A stretch of DNA of 64,000 nucleotides from an uncultured bacterium (GTDB taxonomy: Bacteria > Krumholzibacteriota > Krumholzibacteriia > Krumholzibacteriales > Krumholzibacteriaceae), in assembly GCA_963747385.1 (NCBI GenBank), contig CAVVEY010000007.1:393050-457049 (forward strand), in the 5' to 3' direction. The position numbers were made by a program, and so were the translations under genes. Under the pieces are notes generated by a model. That model did no database searches. It had not been told where the DNA came from and saw only the letters and a list, made by a program, of their open reading frames with translations. This document shows positions 42,000 through 51,540 of the stretch, piece after piece; the first letter of the stretch is position 1, and every line of letters starts with the position of its first letter.

Positions 42000-42935
42000 A
42001 TGTTTTCCGAACGTTTCTTTCGATTCGTGCCGCGAAGCGCCCTGAAAAAGGCGCTCACTCATTTCAATAACGGCGATTACAGGAAAGCGTGCAGGGAATT
42101 CGAGTCCTATCTCTCGCGGATCGCGATAGAGGGGAAGAGCCAGGATCAGGAAATGATCCGAATGTACATGGTTGAATCCTACATCGAGCTCGCGAAGCTC
42201 GCAGGCCGGGAGGGCAAGCATGCGGAGGCGGTGCTGGCCCTCGAAAAAGCGGTAGAGCTTCAGCCCCGCTATGCCGACGTGCATTCGAGCCTCGGCATGC
42301 TCTACGCGGATAGGGGACGAGTGGAAGAGTCGCGCGAATGCTTCAACCGGGCGCTCGCGATCAATCCGGCGTATCTGAGGGCCCGCATCATGCTTGCGAA
42401 GAGCTACAGCGACGCGGGCGAAAGCCCGCGCGCGGTCGAAGAGCTCGGAAAGAGCCTCCCGACCGCTCCGTCATTCTTCGCCGATCAGGTCAATGAGCTC
42501 GCGAGTCTCATACGGAACGACGCGGCACGTGAGGAGCGCGACGCGCTGTTTCGGCGGCTGCTCGAAGAGAAGCCCACGTCGGCGCAGGTAAGCAAGCAAA
42601 TCGCTCTCGAATCGATCCAGAACGGCGAGTACGACTCGGCCATCGTGGAGCTCAAGAGAACGCTGTCCATGACTCCGCATTATCCCGATATCCACAACCT
42701 TCTCGGAATCGCATACGCGAATCGGGGTATGACGGACGACGCGATCATGGAATTCGAAACGGCGCTGAAGATCAATCCCGATTATCTGAAAGCGCGGCTC
42801 AACCTTGCGCTGGCGCTGTACGAGAAGGGCGTGAGGGACGAATCGATGCGCAACCTCGAGCTGGTGCTCGAGCTCGATCCGGAGAACGAGCTCGCCGTGA
42901 ATCTCTTCCGCGAGCTTCAACCGATTGACAACTAG
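42000..42935 (+). CDS. TPR-repeat protein
   Basis: Intact from ATG 42000. Repeated TPR consensus (AVLALEKAVELQPRYADVHSSLGMLY, CFNRALAINPAYLRARIMLA, EFETALKINPDYLKARLNLA). Confidence 0.7.
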   Translation: MFSERFFRFVPRSALKKALTHFNNGDYRKACREFESYLSRIAIEGKSQDQEMIRMYMVESYIELAKLAGREGKHAEAVLALEKAVELQPRYADVHSSLGMLYADRGRVEESRECFNRALAINPAYLRARIMLAKSYSDAGESPRAVEELGKSLPTAPSFFADQVNELASLIRNDAAREERDALFRRLLEEKPTSAQVSKQIALESIQNGEYDSAIVELKRTLSMTPHYPDIHNLLGIAYANRGMTDDAIMEFETALKINPDYLKARLNLALALYEKGVRDESMRNLELVLELDPENELAVNLFRELQPIDN

Positions 42936-42947
42936 AGGTGGAAAACC

Positions 42948-43640
42948 GTGAGCGTTGATTTCTATTCGATCCTTGAAGTATGGCCAACCGCGTCGGTTGA
43001 AGAGATCAAGAAGAACTATTTCCGCCTCGCGAAGCTCTACCATCCGGACGCCGCGGGGGACACTCCCGAAAATCGCGAGCGATTCAAGGTGATCAACGAG
43101 GCATACGGAATCCTGAGCGATTCCGGAAAACGCGCCACGTACGATGAATCGCTGCGGCAGAGCAAGGGAGGCTCGAAGGATGCGGTCGCGATCCAGGAGA
43201 AAGACCGCCGTTCGGCGATGCTCTCTTTCACGCAGGCGAAGGAAGCGATGCGCAGCGGACGTTTCGACAAGGCGGCGTTGCTCTTCAAGGCCGCCATAAA
43301 GTACGATCCGATGAACCCGGCATACCACAGCTGGTACGGCTTCTGTCTCGGCATGCTCAATACGCGCCTGCACGAGGCTCGCGACGCCTGTCTCAAGGCG
43401 ATCGAGATGGAATTCTACAATGCCGATTATCACGCGAACCTCGGCTTCGTGTATTTCAAGGCGGGTCTCAAGAAGGTCGCCCTCAAGCATTTCAAGGAAG
43501 CTCTGAAATGGGATCCCGAGAATCCGATCGCGAAGAAATATCTTTCGATCGGCGGCGGCGACGATGAAGACAAGAAAGAGACCGGTCCCATCGACAAGAT
43601 CGTGGCGAGCTTCAAGGGGATGGTGTCTCGCATCGCGTAA
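42948..43640 (+). CDS. J-domain (DnaJ-like) protein with TPR-like C-terminus
   Basis: GTG 42948 follows an AGAGGTGGA RBS. DFYSILEV...IKKNYFRLAKLYHPDAAGD...INEAYGILSD includes the HPD motif. The C-terminal part has TPR-like helices. Confidence 0.8.
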   Translation: MSVDFYSILEVWPTASVEEIKKNYFRLAKLYHPDAAGDTPENRERFKVINEAYGILSDSGKRATYDESLRQSKGGSKDAVAIQEKDRRSAMLSFTQAKEAMRSGRFDKAALLFKAAIKYDPMNPAYHSWYGFCLGMLNTRLHEARDACLKAIEMEFYNADYHANLGFVYFKAGLKKVALKHFKEALKWDPENPIAKKYLSIGGGDDEDKKETGPIDKIVASFKGMVSRIA

Positions 43641-43714
43641 GCATCGCGCTTCGCCTCATCCGCATCGATATCTATTGCAATTATTCCCAGGTCAATCTAC
43701 CCTCGGGCTCCGGG

Positions 43715-45631
43715 GTGATGGAGATGAAGCGTACGTCTTTTGTGTGCTTTGGAGCTCAGGGCAGCAAGGATGCTCTCGTATATCAGGAGATTCCCGGCAG
43801 GGACGGCGGGGAGGAGTTTTTCCTTTTCTTCTCGCCGGGGGAGCCCGAGCAGGAACCGATTCTGAGAACCCTTTTCAGGGAAGCCGTTTCGGCGTCGCGA
43901 CTCGGGGCGCCCGCGCATTATTTTTCCCGTTTCCTCGAACAGTTCAAGGCTCTCGCCGAGGAGGCCGGTGGGGAGCGGGATATTCTCGGCGGCGTGCTCC
44001 TCATGATCGAGATTCGCCGCGGGAATGACGCCTATATCCTCTGCAATCGCGACGCGGTGCTTGTTCACGGCGATGGAAGAACGGGACGGCGGGGTTCCGC
44101 CGAATCGTTGAAAGGCTTCGCCCGGGTTCCCCTCGGGCGGGCGAAGGATCAGCGAGATCTTTTCCGGCAAGCGCCCGAGGATATGTTCTCGCTCTACCGG
44201 TTCACGCTCGCGGAGGGTGAGCATACGGTCATCCTGGTCCCATCGACCGAATTCGTCGCGCGGCACGACGAATCCCTGCGGAACAGCATCTTCTTCCCGT
44301 CGTTCGAATTTCCGCGGGATATGGGAATCGAGCTCGCCGTTTCACGTTCCTTTCCCGCGCTTCACTGGAAAGGCGGAATGGCGGAAGAGACCGCGGCGAA
44401 CGAGGAGCGATCCGTATCTCGCCGCGCGCGCATGAACGTTCCGCTCGTCGCGGGGGCCCTCGCGGCGGCCGTCGCCGTCGTCGTCCTCTTCGGGTCGCTT
44501 GCGACGCGCGAGAAATCTCGCGGGCCTCAGGAGCCGACGGCGCAGCTCGGCGCGGCGGATGCGGCGAAAGAGGGGGCATCCGATTTCGGCGGGGCGCACG
44601 CTCCGTCTGCCGTGGACGGGAAAGAGCCCGCGGGAGCGGATGGAAGAGGGCGGATCGATCTGCCGGAAGCCTGGAGACGAACGTTCGGAGCTCCCGTCAC
44701 CTCCTCCCCTCGGTATTGCGGGGAGAAGATCTATTTCGGATGCAGGGACGGATATTTGTACGCGCTCACGCCCGAAGGGGAGCTTGCGTGGAAATACCGG
44801 TCGGGCGCCGGCATCGGAGCTTCGCCGTGCTGCGCGGAAGATCGGGTGATCGGGGCGGATTACCGCGGCACGCTATTCTGCCTCGACGCGAATTCGGGAA
44901 AAGCGCTCTGGTCCTTCCCGACGCGATCGAAGATCGTCAGCACGCCGGAGCAATCCGGCGAAATCGTTTTCGCGGCGACAACCGACGGAAGAGTCTTCGC
45001 GGTGCGCCTCGGGGACGGACGGAAGCTGTGGGAGAAGAAGCTCGGCCCCTCGATCAGGGCGAACCTGGCGGCGGGAAAGGATTATGTGCTGGCAGTTACG
45101 ACCGGGGGAACGCTCGTGAGGCTCGATCACCGGGGAACGATCCTCTGGAAAACGAATATCGGCGCCGGCGTCGCTTCGAGCCCCGCGTGCGACGAGGAGC
45201 GGGATTGCGTCGTTCTGGGCGCGAAGGATGGGGCGGTGCACGGATTCTCCCTGTCGCGGGGCGAGCGCACATGGAGATTCACGGCCGATTCCGCCGTTGA
45301 CGGTTCCCCTTCGTTCGGCCGGGACGCGATCTATATCGGATCGGAAAAGGGAACTCTTTACTCGCTTTCCTTCGACGGGAAGGCACGGTGGAAGCGCGAT
45401 GTGGGAGGGGCCGTGCGTTCGAAGCCGCTCGTCGCGGGAGCCGCCGTATTCGTCACGACCTACTCGGCGGAGCTTGTGGCTGTCGACGCCGCGAGCGGCG
45501 AGACGGCCGGGGAGTTCCGCGCATCGTCGCCGATATACTCGTCTCCCGGGACCGACGGGAAACGCCTCTTTTTCGGGTCCAATGGCGGCGTGTTTCACGC
45601 GGTGCGGCTCGGAGCGTCGGCCGCTTCCTGA
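43715..45631 (+). CDS. Bitopic protein: cytoplasmic N-domain of unknown function - TM - periplasmic PQQ-like (BamB-type) beta-propeller
   Basis: Intact 638 aa; the start is GTG 43715, ATG 43718 or ATG 43724. TM segment VPLVAGALAAAVAVVVLFGSL. The C-terminal part has repeated G-x-L/V-x-A-L/V-D propeller blades (DGYLYALTPEGELAWKY, GTLFCLDANSGKALWSF, GRVFAVRLGDGRKLWEK). Confidence 0.7.
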   Translation: MMEMKRTSFVCFGAQGSKDALVYQEIPGRDGGEEFFLFFSPGEPEQEPILRTLFREAVSASRLGAPAHYFSRFLEQFKALAEEAGGERDILGGVLLMIEIRRGNDAYILCNRDAVLVHGDGRTGRRGSAESLKGFARVPLGRAKDQRDLFRQAPEDMFSLYRFTLAEGEHTVILVPSTEFVARHDESLRNSIFFPSFEFPRDMGIELAVSRSFPALHWKGGMAEETAANEERSVSRRARMNVPLVAGALAAAVAVVVLFGSLATREKSRGPQEPTAQLGAADAAKEGASDFGGAHAPSAVDGKEPAGADGRGRIDLPEAWRRTFGAPVTSSPRYCGEKIYFGCRDGYLYALTPEGELAWKYRSGAGIGASPCCAEDRVIGADYRGTLFCLDANSGKALWSFPTRSKIVSTPEQSGEIVFAATTDGRVFAVRLGDGRKLWEKKLGPSIRANLAAGKDYVLAVTTGGTLVRLDHRGTILWKTNIGAGVASSPACDEERDCVVLGAKDGAVHGFSLSRGERTWRFTADSAVDGSPSFGRDAIYIGSEKGTLYSLSFDGKARWKRDVGGAVRSKPLVAGAAVFVTTYSAELVAVDAASGETAGEFRASSPIYSSPGTDGKRLFFGSNGGVFHAVRLGASAAS

Positions 45632-45699
45632 GGGCCGCGGGGGAGCGTATTCGCGCGGCCCGGGCTCTTGCGGGGAACGCTCGAGCGCCGCGGGCCGCC

Positions 45700-45728
45700 T
45701 TGCCATCGCATTCCCGATTTGTTATCTT
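45700..45728 (+). promoter_or_regulatory. Candidate promoter for secA
   Basis: TTGCCA (45700-45705), a 17-nt spacer, then TATCTT (45723-45728). An ACGGAGG RBS sits at 45738-45744 before ATG 45756. Confidence 0.35.
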
Positions 45729-45755
45729 GCGGTCAAAACGGAGGTTTCGCAGCTG

Positions 45756-48700
45756 ATGAAGGGTTTGATGCAGAAATTGTTCGGCGATCGAAAGACGAGG
45801 CTGATGAGCCGCGTCGTGGACGAGATCGCCGCGGTCAAGGGATGGGCCGAGCGGTACCGCGAGCTCGGCGAAGCGGATTTTCCGAAGAAAACGGAGGAGT
45901 TCGCCTCGCGGATTCGGGAGGGGGAGACCCTCGATCAATTGCTTCCCGAGGCGTACGGTCTCGCCTATGAGGCGTGCAGGAGGCTCGTGGGCCGCACGTG
46001 GAACGTCGTCGGGCATCCGATAACCTGGGACATGGTGCCCTTCGATACGCAGATCGCCGGAGCGATCGTCCTCCATCAGGGCAAGATCGCGGAGATGGCG
46101 ACCGGCGAGGGGAAGACGCTCGTGGCGACGATGCCGCTCTATCTGAACGCGCTCGCCGGGAAAGGCGCTCATCTCGTCACGGTGAACGATTACCTGGCCC
46201 GGCGCGACGCCGAATGGATGGGGGAGATATATCGCTTCCTCGGCATGAGCGTCGGATATCTGCAGAACGAGATGGAAACGGAAGATCGCCAGCGGGTTTA
46301 CGCGAGCGATATCACCTACGGCACCAACAACGAATTCGGCTTCGATTATCTCCGCGATAACATGAAACCGGGCAAACAGTACCAGGTTCAGCGAGGGTAC
46401 TATTACGCGATCGTCGACGAGGTGGACAGCGTGCTCGTCGACGAGGCGCGAACCCCGCTCATCATTTCGGGCGCCGTATCCGGCTCGGCGCTCGCCGACA
46501 ACTACGCATATCTCAGAAACAAGGTCGAGCTTCTCGTGCGCAAGCAGAAGCAGGAGATCAACGATCTCATGACGAAGATCGAGCGGGAAGAGGACGCGGA
46601 GAACGCCGGGGGAGACGATATCGGCGTGAATCTCCTTCTCGCGCGCAGAGGGGATCCGAAGAACAAGAAATTCACGAAGCTCCGCAAGAAACCCGGATAC
46701 GAGAAGCTCATGCTCTCCGTCGAAAACGAGCTCATGCGGGACAAGCGTATCCCCGAGCTCGACGAGGAGCTCTACTTCGTCGTCGACGAGAAGGCGAACA
46801 CGATCGACATGACCGAGAAGGGAAGGAACAACCTCTCCCCGGAGGACCAGGAGCTCTTCGTTCTGCCCGATCTCAGCATCCACATCAAGGAGATCGATTC
46901 CGACGCGTCCCTTTCCCCGAAGGACCGGGCGAAGAAGAAGGACGCCGCCTACCGGAAATACGCCGAGAAAACGGAGATCATTCACAATTTCTCCCAGTTG
47001 CTCAAGGCGTACGCGCTGTTCGAGAAGGACGTCGATTACGTGGTTCAGGACGGCCGCGTTCTCATCGTCGACGAGTTCACGGGACGCCTCATGCCGGGAA
47101 GGCGCTTCAGCGAAGGCCTCCATCAGGCGCTCGAGGCGAAGGAGCGCGTCACGATCGAAGGGGAAACGCAGACGCTGGCGACGATCACGCTCCAGAATTT
47201 CTTTCGAATGTACGAGAAGCTCGCGGGCATGACGGGAACGGCGGAGACCGAAGAGGAGGAGTTTCACAAGATATACAAGCTCGAGGTCGAGGTTATCCCG
47301 ACGAACAGGCCCGTGCGACGCATCGATTATGACGACGTCATCTTCCGCACGAAGCGCGAGAAATATCACGCCATCATTCAGGAGATCAAGCGGCTCCACG
47401 AGCGGGGACTTCCCATTCTCGTCGGCACGGTCACCGTCGAGGTGTCCGAGACGCTGAGCAGGATGCTGACCCGCGAAGGCATCAAGCATAACGTTCTCAA
47501 CGCGAAGTACCACCAGAGGGAAGCGGAGATCATCTCCCAGGCCGGGATGAACGGCGCCGTCACGATCGCGACGAACATGGCGGGGCGCGGCACCGATATC
47601 AAGCTGAGCGCCGGAATCGTCAAGTGCGAGCGCTGCTGCATCTATTGCGACACGGCGAACGAGTGCGATTCATGCGGGAATCGGGAGAAGAACGTCGAGG
47701 AGTGCCTGGCGGATGTTCCGTGCGGCCTCCACATCATCGGCACGGAACGTCACGAGGCGCGGCGAATCGATCGGCAGCTGCGCGGGCGGGCGGGCCGCCA
47801 GGGGGATCCGGGCGCGTCGCGCTTCTTCATATCCCTCGAGGATGACCTCATGCGTCTGTTCGGATCCGAGCGCATATCGGGGGTCATGGACCGCCTCGGC
47901 GTCAAGGACGGGGAGGATATCCAGCACCGCTTCATCACGCGTGCCATCGAGAACGCCCAGAAGCGCGTCGAGATGTACAACTTCGGCATCCGCAAGCGTC
48001 TCATCGAATACGACGACGTCATGAACAAGCAGCGGACGGTGATTTACGGCCGCAGAAGTCAGATCCTGGAAAGCGCGAACCTCGACGATGTCGTCGTCCA
48101 GCTCATCGAGAATACGGTCGGATCGATCGTGGACCGGTTCGCGCCCGAAACCGAGCAGCCCGATGATTGGGATCTCGACGCGGCCGCGGTGGAGCTCGAG
48201 AATCTCTTTCTTGCGTCGTTCGAGTTTGCGGACGTTTTCAAGGATCGCTCCGCCGATCTGAAGATCCTGTACGATCATTTCCGCGCGAAGGCGATCGAGG
48301 CGTACGAGCTGCGCAAATCCCTGATTCCGCCCGAGATAATGCAGAAGTTCATGACCTACGTCATGCTGCAGAGCATCGACGAGAAGTGGATGGATCATCT
48401 TTACGAGCTCGATTATCTGCGCGAGGGCATTCACCTGCGGTCGTACGCGCAAAAAGACCCCCTTATCGAGTACAAGCAGGAAGCCTTTCAGATGTTCAGC
48501 GAAATGGTGGTCGACATCGACCGGTCGATTCTCTGGGCGGTATTTCACGCCCGCTTCGACGCGGAGCAGGAACGACGGCCCCGCAGGCGATCCGACGGCG
48601 GCGTCGCGGTTCATCAGGTGGCGAGCACGTACAGCGCCGCCGCGGCCGCGCCGGGGGCTTCGCGGGGACCGGGCTCTGCAGCGGGAGCGGCGGCGAAAGG

Positions 48701-48830
48701 GGCGACGAACGATATCTCCGCCCCGAAGGCCCAGCCGGTGCGGTCCGCGCCGCGCGCGGGTCGAAACGACGCGTGCCCGTGCGGGAGCGGCAAGAAGTAT
48801 AAAAAGTGTTGCGGAAAAGGAACGGTATAG
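45756..48830 (+). CDS. secA: Preprotein translocase ATPase SecA
   Basis: Intact. MKGLMQKLFGDRK..., EMATGEGKTLV, VTVNDYLARRDAEWM, MTGTA, ATNMAGRGTDI, GLHIIGTERHEARRIDRQLRGRAGRQGDPG, and the C-terminal Zn motif CPCGSGKKYKKCCG. The track ORF start at 45228 is an unsupported upstream extension. Confidence 0.95.
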   Translation: MKGLMQKLFGDRKTRLMSRVVDEIAAVKGWAERYRELGEADFPKKTEEFASRIREGETLDQLLPEAYGLAYEACRRLVGRTWNVVGHPITWDMVPFDTQIAGAIVLHQGKIAEMATGEGKTLVATMPLYLNALAGKGAHLVTVNDYLARRDAEWMGEIYRFLGMSVGYLQNEMETEDRQRVYASDITYGTNNEFGFDYLRDNMKPGKQYQVQRGYYYAIVDEVDSVLVDEARTPLIISGAVSGSALADNYAYLRNKVELLVRKQKQEINDLMTKIEREEDAENAGGDDIGVNLLLARRGDPKNKKFTKLRKKPGYEKLMLSVENELMRDKRIPELDEELYFVVDEKANTIDMTEKGRNNLSPEDQELFVLPDLSIHIKEIDSDASLSPKDRAKKKDAAYRKYAEKTEIIHNFSQLLKAYALFEKDVDYVVQDGRVLIVDEFTGRLMPGRRFSEGLHQALEAKERVTIEGETQTLATITLQNFFRMYEKLAGMTGTAETEEEEFHKIYKLEVEVIPTNRPVRRIDYDDVIFRTKREKYHAIIQEIKRLHERGLPILVGTVTVEVSETLSRMLTREGIKHNVLNAKYHQREAEIISQAGMNGAVTIATNMAGRGTDIKLSAGIVKCERCCIYCDTANECDSCGNREKNVEECLADVPCGLHIIGTERHEARRIDRQLRGRAGRQGDPGASRFFISLEDDLMRLFGSERISGVMDRLGVKDGEDIQHRFITRAIENAQKRVEMYNFGIRKRLIEYDDVMNKQRTVIYGRRSQILESANLDDVVVQLIENTVGSIVDRFAPETEQPDDWDLDAAAVELENLFLASFEFADVFKDRSADLKILYDHFRAKAIEAYELRKSLIPPEIMQKFMTYVMLQSIDEKWMDHLYELDYLREGIHLRSYAQKDPLIEYKQEAFQMFSEMVVDIDRSILWAVFHARFDAEQERRPRRRSDGGVAVHQVASTYSAAAAAPGASRGPGSAAGAAAKGATNDISAPKAQPVRSAPRAGRNDACPCGSGKKYKKCCGKGTV

Positions 48831-48886
48831 TAATTATAGATGACGCCTTCGGGCGAAACGCCGTAGAAAAAGCGCGAGGATACGGG

Positions 48887-49330
48887 ATGAGCGAGAGGAT
48901 CAAGGAGATCATCGAGTACATTATGGATCTCGAGCCGGGAGATCTCAAGGATCCCTCGTTCGTTCAGGACGAGCTCGAGGATATGGGATACAGCCGCTTC
49001 GAGATCAGGCAGGCGTTCCGAATGCTCGATTTCGGATCCGACGGCACGGATCGCGGACCGGCGAGAGAGACGCCGGCGGGAAATCGCGTCCTGAACGAGT
49101 TCGAGAAACATATGCTGTCCATCCCGGCCCAGGGATACCTGCTCAACCTTCATCGTCTCGGGTGGATATCCGAAATCCAGTTGAGCGCGATCATCGATAA
49201 CGCCGCGTTCGAATTCATCCCGCCCGTATCGCTCGAAGAGGTGCGGGATCTCGCATCTCGATTCGTTTCCGAATTGCCGGAAGGCAATTCTCCGGACGTC
49301 GCGCGACGCGATGACGGACACGTGCATTGA
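48887..49330 (+). CDS. smg: Smg (DUF494) family protein
   Basis: MSERIKEIIEYIMD...VQDELEDMGYSRFEIRQAFRMLD. It sits directly upstream of, and overlaps, topA, as smg does in many bacteria. Confidence 0.75.
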   Translation: MSERIKEIIEYIMDLEPGDLKDPSFVQDELEDMGYSRFEIRQAFRMLDFGSDGTDRGPARETPAGNRVLNEFEKHMLSIPAQGYLLNLHRLGWISEIQLSAIIDNAAFEFIPPVSLEEVRDLASRFVSELPEGNSPDVARRDDGHVH

Positions 49331-49344
49331 GGAAGGAGCACCCG

Positions 49345-51540
49345 TTGGATCAGGTTCTCGTCGTCGTGGAGTCTCCCGCCAAGGCGCGCACGATAAAGAA
49401 GTATCTCGGCAAGGGATACTCGGTGAAGGCTTCCGTCGGGCACATCCGGGATTTGCCCCAGCGAGAGATGGGCATAGCCATCGACGATGGTTTCACGCCG
49501 CATTACGTCGCGGTCAAGGGAAAGTCCAAGGTCGTGACGGAATTGCGCCGGGAAGCGGCGAAGAGCGCGACGATACTGCTTGCGACCGATATGGATCGGG
49601 AGGGGGAAGCGATCGCGTGGCACCTCAAAGAAGTGCTCGAAAAGACGAAGGTCCCCATCAAGCGGATCATCTTCAACGAGATCACGAAGAAAGCGATCGA
49701 GGACGCGGTCGCGAACCCGCGCGACATCGATCTCGACAAGGTTAACGCGCAGCAGGCGCGTCGCATCCTCGATCGGCTCTTCGGCTATCTCATCAGTCCC
49801 GTTCTCTGGAAGATATTCTATCGGGGTCTGAGCGCGGGACGCGTCCAGAGCGTCGGACTTCGCCTCATCTGCGAAAGGGAAAATGAAATCCGCGCCTTCG
49901 TCCCGGTCGAGTATTGGTCGATCGAGGGGATGCTGGCGACCGAGCGCGGAGATGAATTCTCGACGAAGCTTCTCAAGGTCGACGGACACAAGCCCGACAT
50001 CGGCGACACGGGCGGCGCGGAAGAGATACTCGCGGCCATCAAGAGCGAGTCGCTGTTCGTGCGCCAGGTGAGCGAAAAGGAAAAACTGCGGAATTCGCAG
50101 CCGCCGTTCATCACGAGCACGCTTCAGCGCGAGGCGGCCGGCAGGCTCGGCTTTTCGGCGAAGAAGACGATGCTGATCGCGCAGCAGCTCTATGAAGGCG
50201 TCGAGCTCGGCCCCGAAGGAGCGGTGGGGCTCATCAGCTACATGCGAACGGACTCGACGCGTTTGAGCGGCGAAGCGCATGAACGGGGAACGGCGTATCT
50301 GCGGGAGACGTACGGCGCCGATATGCCCGCTTCCGGCCAGAAGATCTTCAAGAAGGCGAAGGGTTCGCAGGACGCGCACGAGGCGGTTCGGCCGACCGAT
50401 TGCTACCGGACGCCGGATTCGATCAAAGAACATCTCGGGAAGGATCAGCTCTCCCTGTACCGTCTCATCTGGCAGCGCTTTCTCGCCTCGCTCGCCGCGC
50501 CCGCGGTGTATCGCGTGGTTGAAGCGGATATCATGGCCGGAGAGAGGTTCCTTCTGCGATCGAACGGCAGAACGCTCGTGAAGCCGGGATTCCTCGCGAT
50601 CATGCAGGACCAGAAAGCCGAGCAGGACGAAATGCTGCCGGCGCTCGCGGCGGGGGACGCCGTCGCGATCCGGAACCTCGACGCCTCGCAGCATTTTACC
50701 GAGCCGCCGCCGCGCTATACCGAGGCCTCGCTGATCAAGGAGCTCGAGGACAAGGGAATCGGCCGCCCCAGCACCTATGCGTCGATCCTCGGCGTTATTC
50801 AGGCCCGCGATTACGTGAACAAGAAGGCCTCAGCGCTCTTTCCGACCGAGCTGGGAGAGAAGGTATGGAGCACGCTGGAGAGCTATTTCAGAGACGTCTT
50901 CGAGGTCGATTTCACCGCGCGGATGGAAACGGAGCTCGACAAGGTGGAGGAGGGCACGGACGACTGGCGCGACGTCGTGAAGCTCTTTTACGATCCGCTC
51001 ACCGTCGATCTCGACGCGATAAAAGACAAGGGAGCGGAGCTCAAGAAGCTCGTGCAGGAAGAAACGAAGGAAATCTGCGCCAACTGCGGCAAGAGTCTCG
51101 TCAAGAAGTGGGGCAAGAACGGTCCCTTCCTCGCGTGCCCCGGTTTTCCCGAGTGCCGATTCACCCGGCCGCTCGAGGAAGTCGAGGCGATCGAACGGAA
51201 ATGTCCGCAGTGCGGAGGGGAGCTCGTGCACCGCACGGGTCGTTTCGGACGATTCATCGCGTGCAAGAAGTATCCCGCCTGTAAATATACGGAAGCGGTG
51301 ACGCTGGGCATTCCCTGCCCGACGCAGGGATGCGGCGGTCAGATCAGCGAAAAGAGAAGCCGCCGCGGTCGCCTTTTCTACGGCTGCAGCATGTATCCGA
51401 AATGCACGTTCGCGAGTTGGGACAAGCCGACGGGGCAGATATGCCCCAGCTGTTCCAAAGCAAATCTCGTCGAGAAGAACAGCGCGAAGAAGGGCCCGTA
51501 CCTCAAGTGTCCGTCCTGCCGCCATGAGGTCACTCCCTGA
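49345..51540 (+). CDS. topA: DNA topoisomerase I
   Basis: Intact. VVVESPAKARTIKKYLG (Toprim), DMDREGEAIAWH, YMRTDSTR (active-site Tyr) and four C-terminal Zn ribbons (CANCG..CPGFPEC, CPQCG..C..YPAC, and others). A TTG at 49345 follows GGAAGGAG; the track start is TTG 49327. Confidence 0.95.
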   Translation: MDQVLVVVESPAKARTIKKYLGKGYSVKASVGHIRDLPQREMGIAIDDGFTPHYVAVKGKSKVVTELRREAAKSATILLATDMDREGEAIAWHLKEVLEKTKVPIKRIIFNEITKKAIEDAVANPRDIDLDKVNAQQARRILDRLFGYLISPVLWKIFYRGLSAGRVQSVGLRLICERENEIRAFVPVEYWSIEGMLATERGDEFSTKLLKVDGHKPDIGDTGGAEEILAAIKSESLFVRQVSEKEKLRNSQPPFITSTLQREAAGRLGFSAKKTMLIAQQLYEGVELGPEGAVGLISYMRTDSTRLSGEAHERGTAYLRETYGADMPASGQKIFKKAKGSQDAHEAVRPTDCYRTPDSIKEHLGKDQLSLYRLIWQRFLASLAAPAVYRVVEADIMAGERFLLRSNGRTLVKPGFLAIMQDQKAEQDEMLPALAAGDAVAIRNLDASQHFTEPPPRYTEASLIKELEDKGIGRPSTYASILGVIQARDYVNKKASALFPTELGEKVWSTLESYFRDVFEVDFTARMETELDKVEEGTDDWRDVVKLFYDPLTVDLDAIKDKGAELKKLVQEETKEICANCGKSLVKKWGKNGPFLACPGFPECRFTRPLEEVEAIERKCPQCGGELVHRTGRFGRFIACKKYPACKYTEAVTLGIPCPTQGCGGQISEKRSRRGRLFYGCSMYPKCTFASWDKPTGQICPSCSKANLVEKNSAKKGPYLKCPSCRHEVTP

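Noticed and set aside
45228-45755. The 176-aa upstream extension of secA in track ORF 45228..48830.
   Set aside because: The extension overlaps the end of the PQQ-propeller gene in another frame and has junk composition. A GGAGG-type RBS and the canonical SecA N-terminus begin at ATG 45756.
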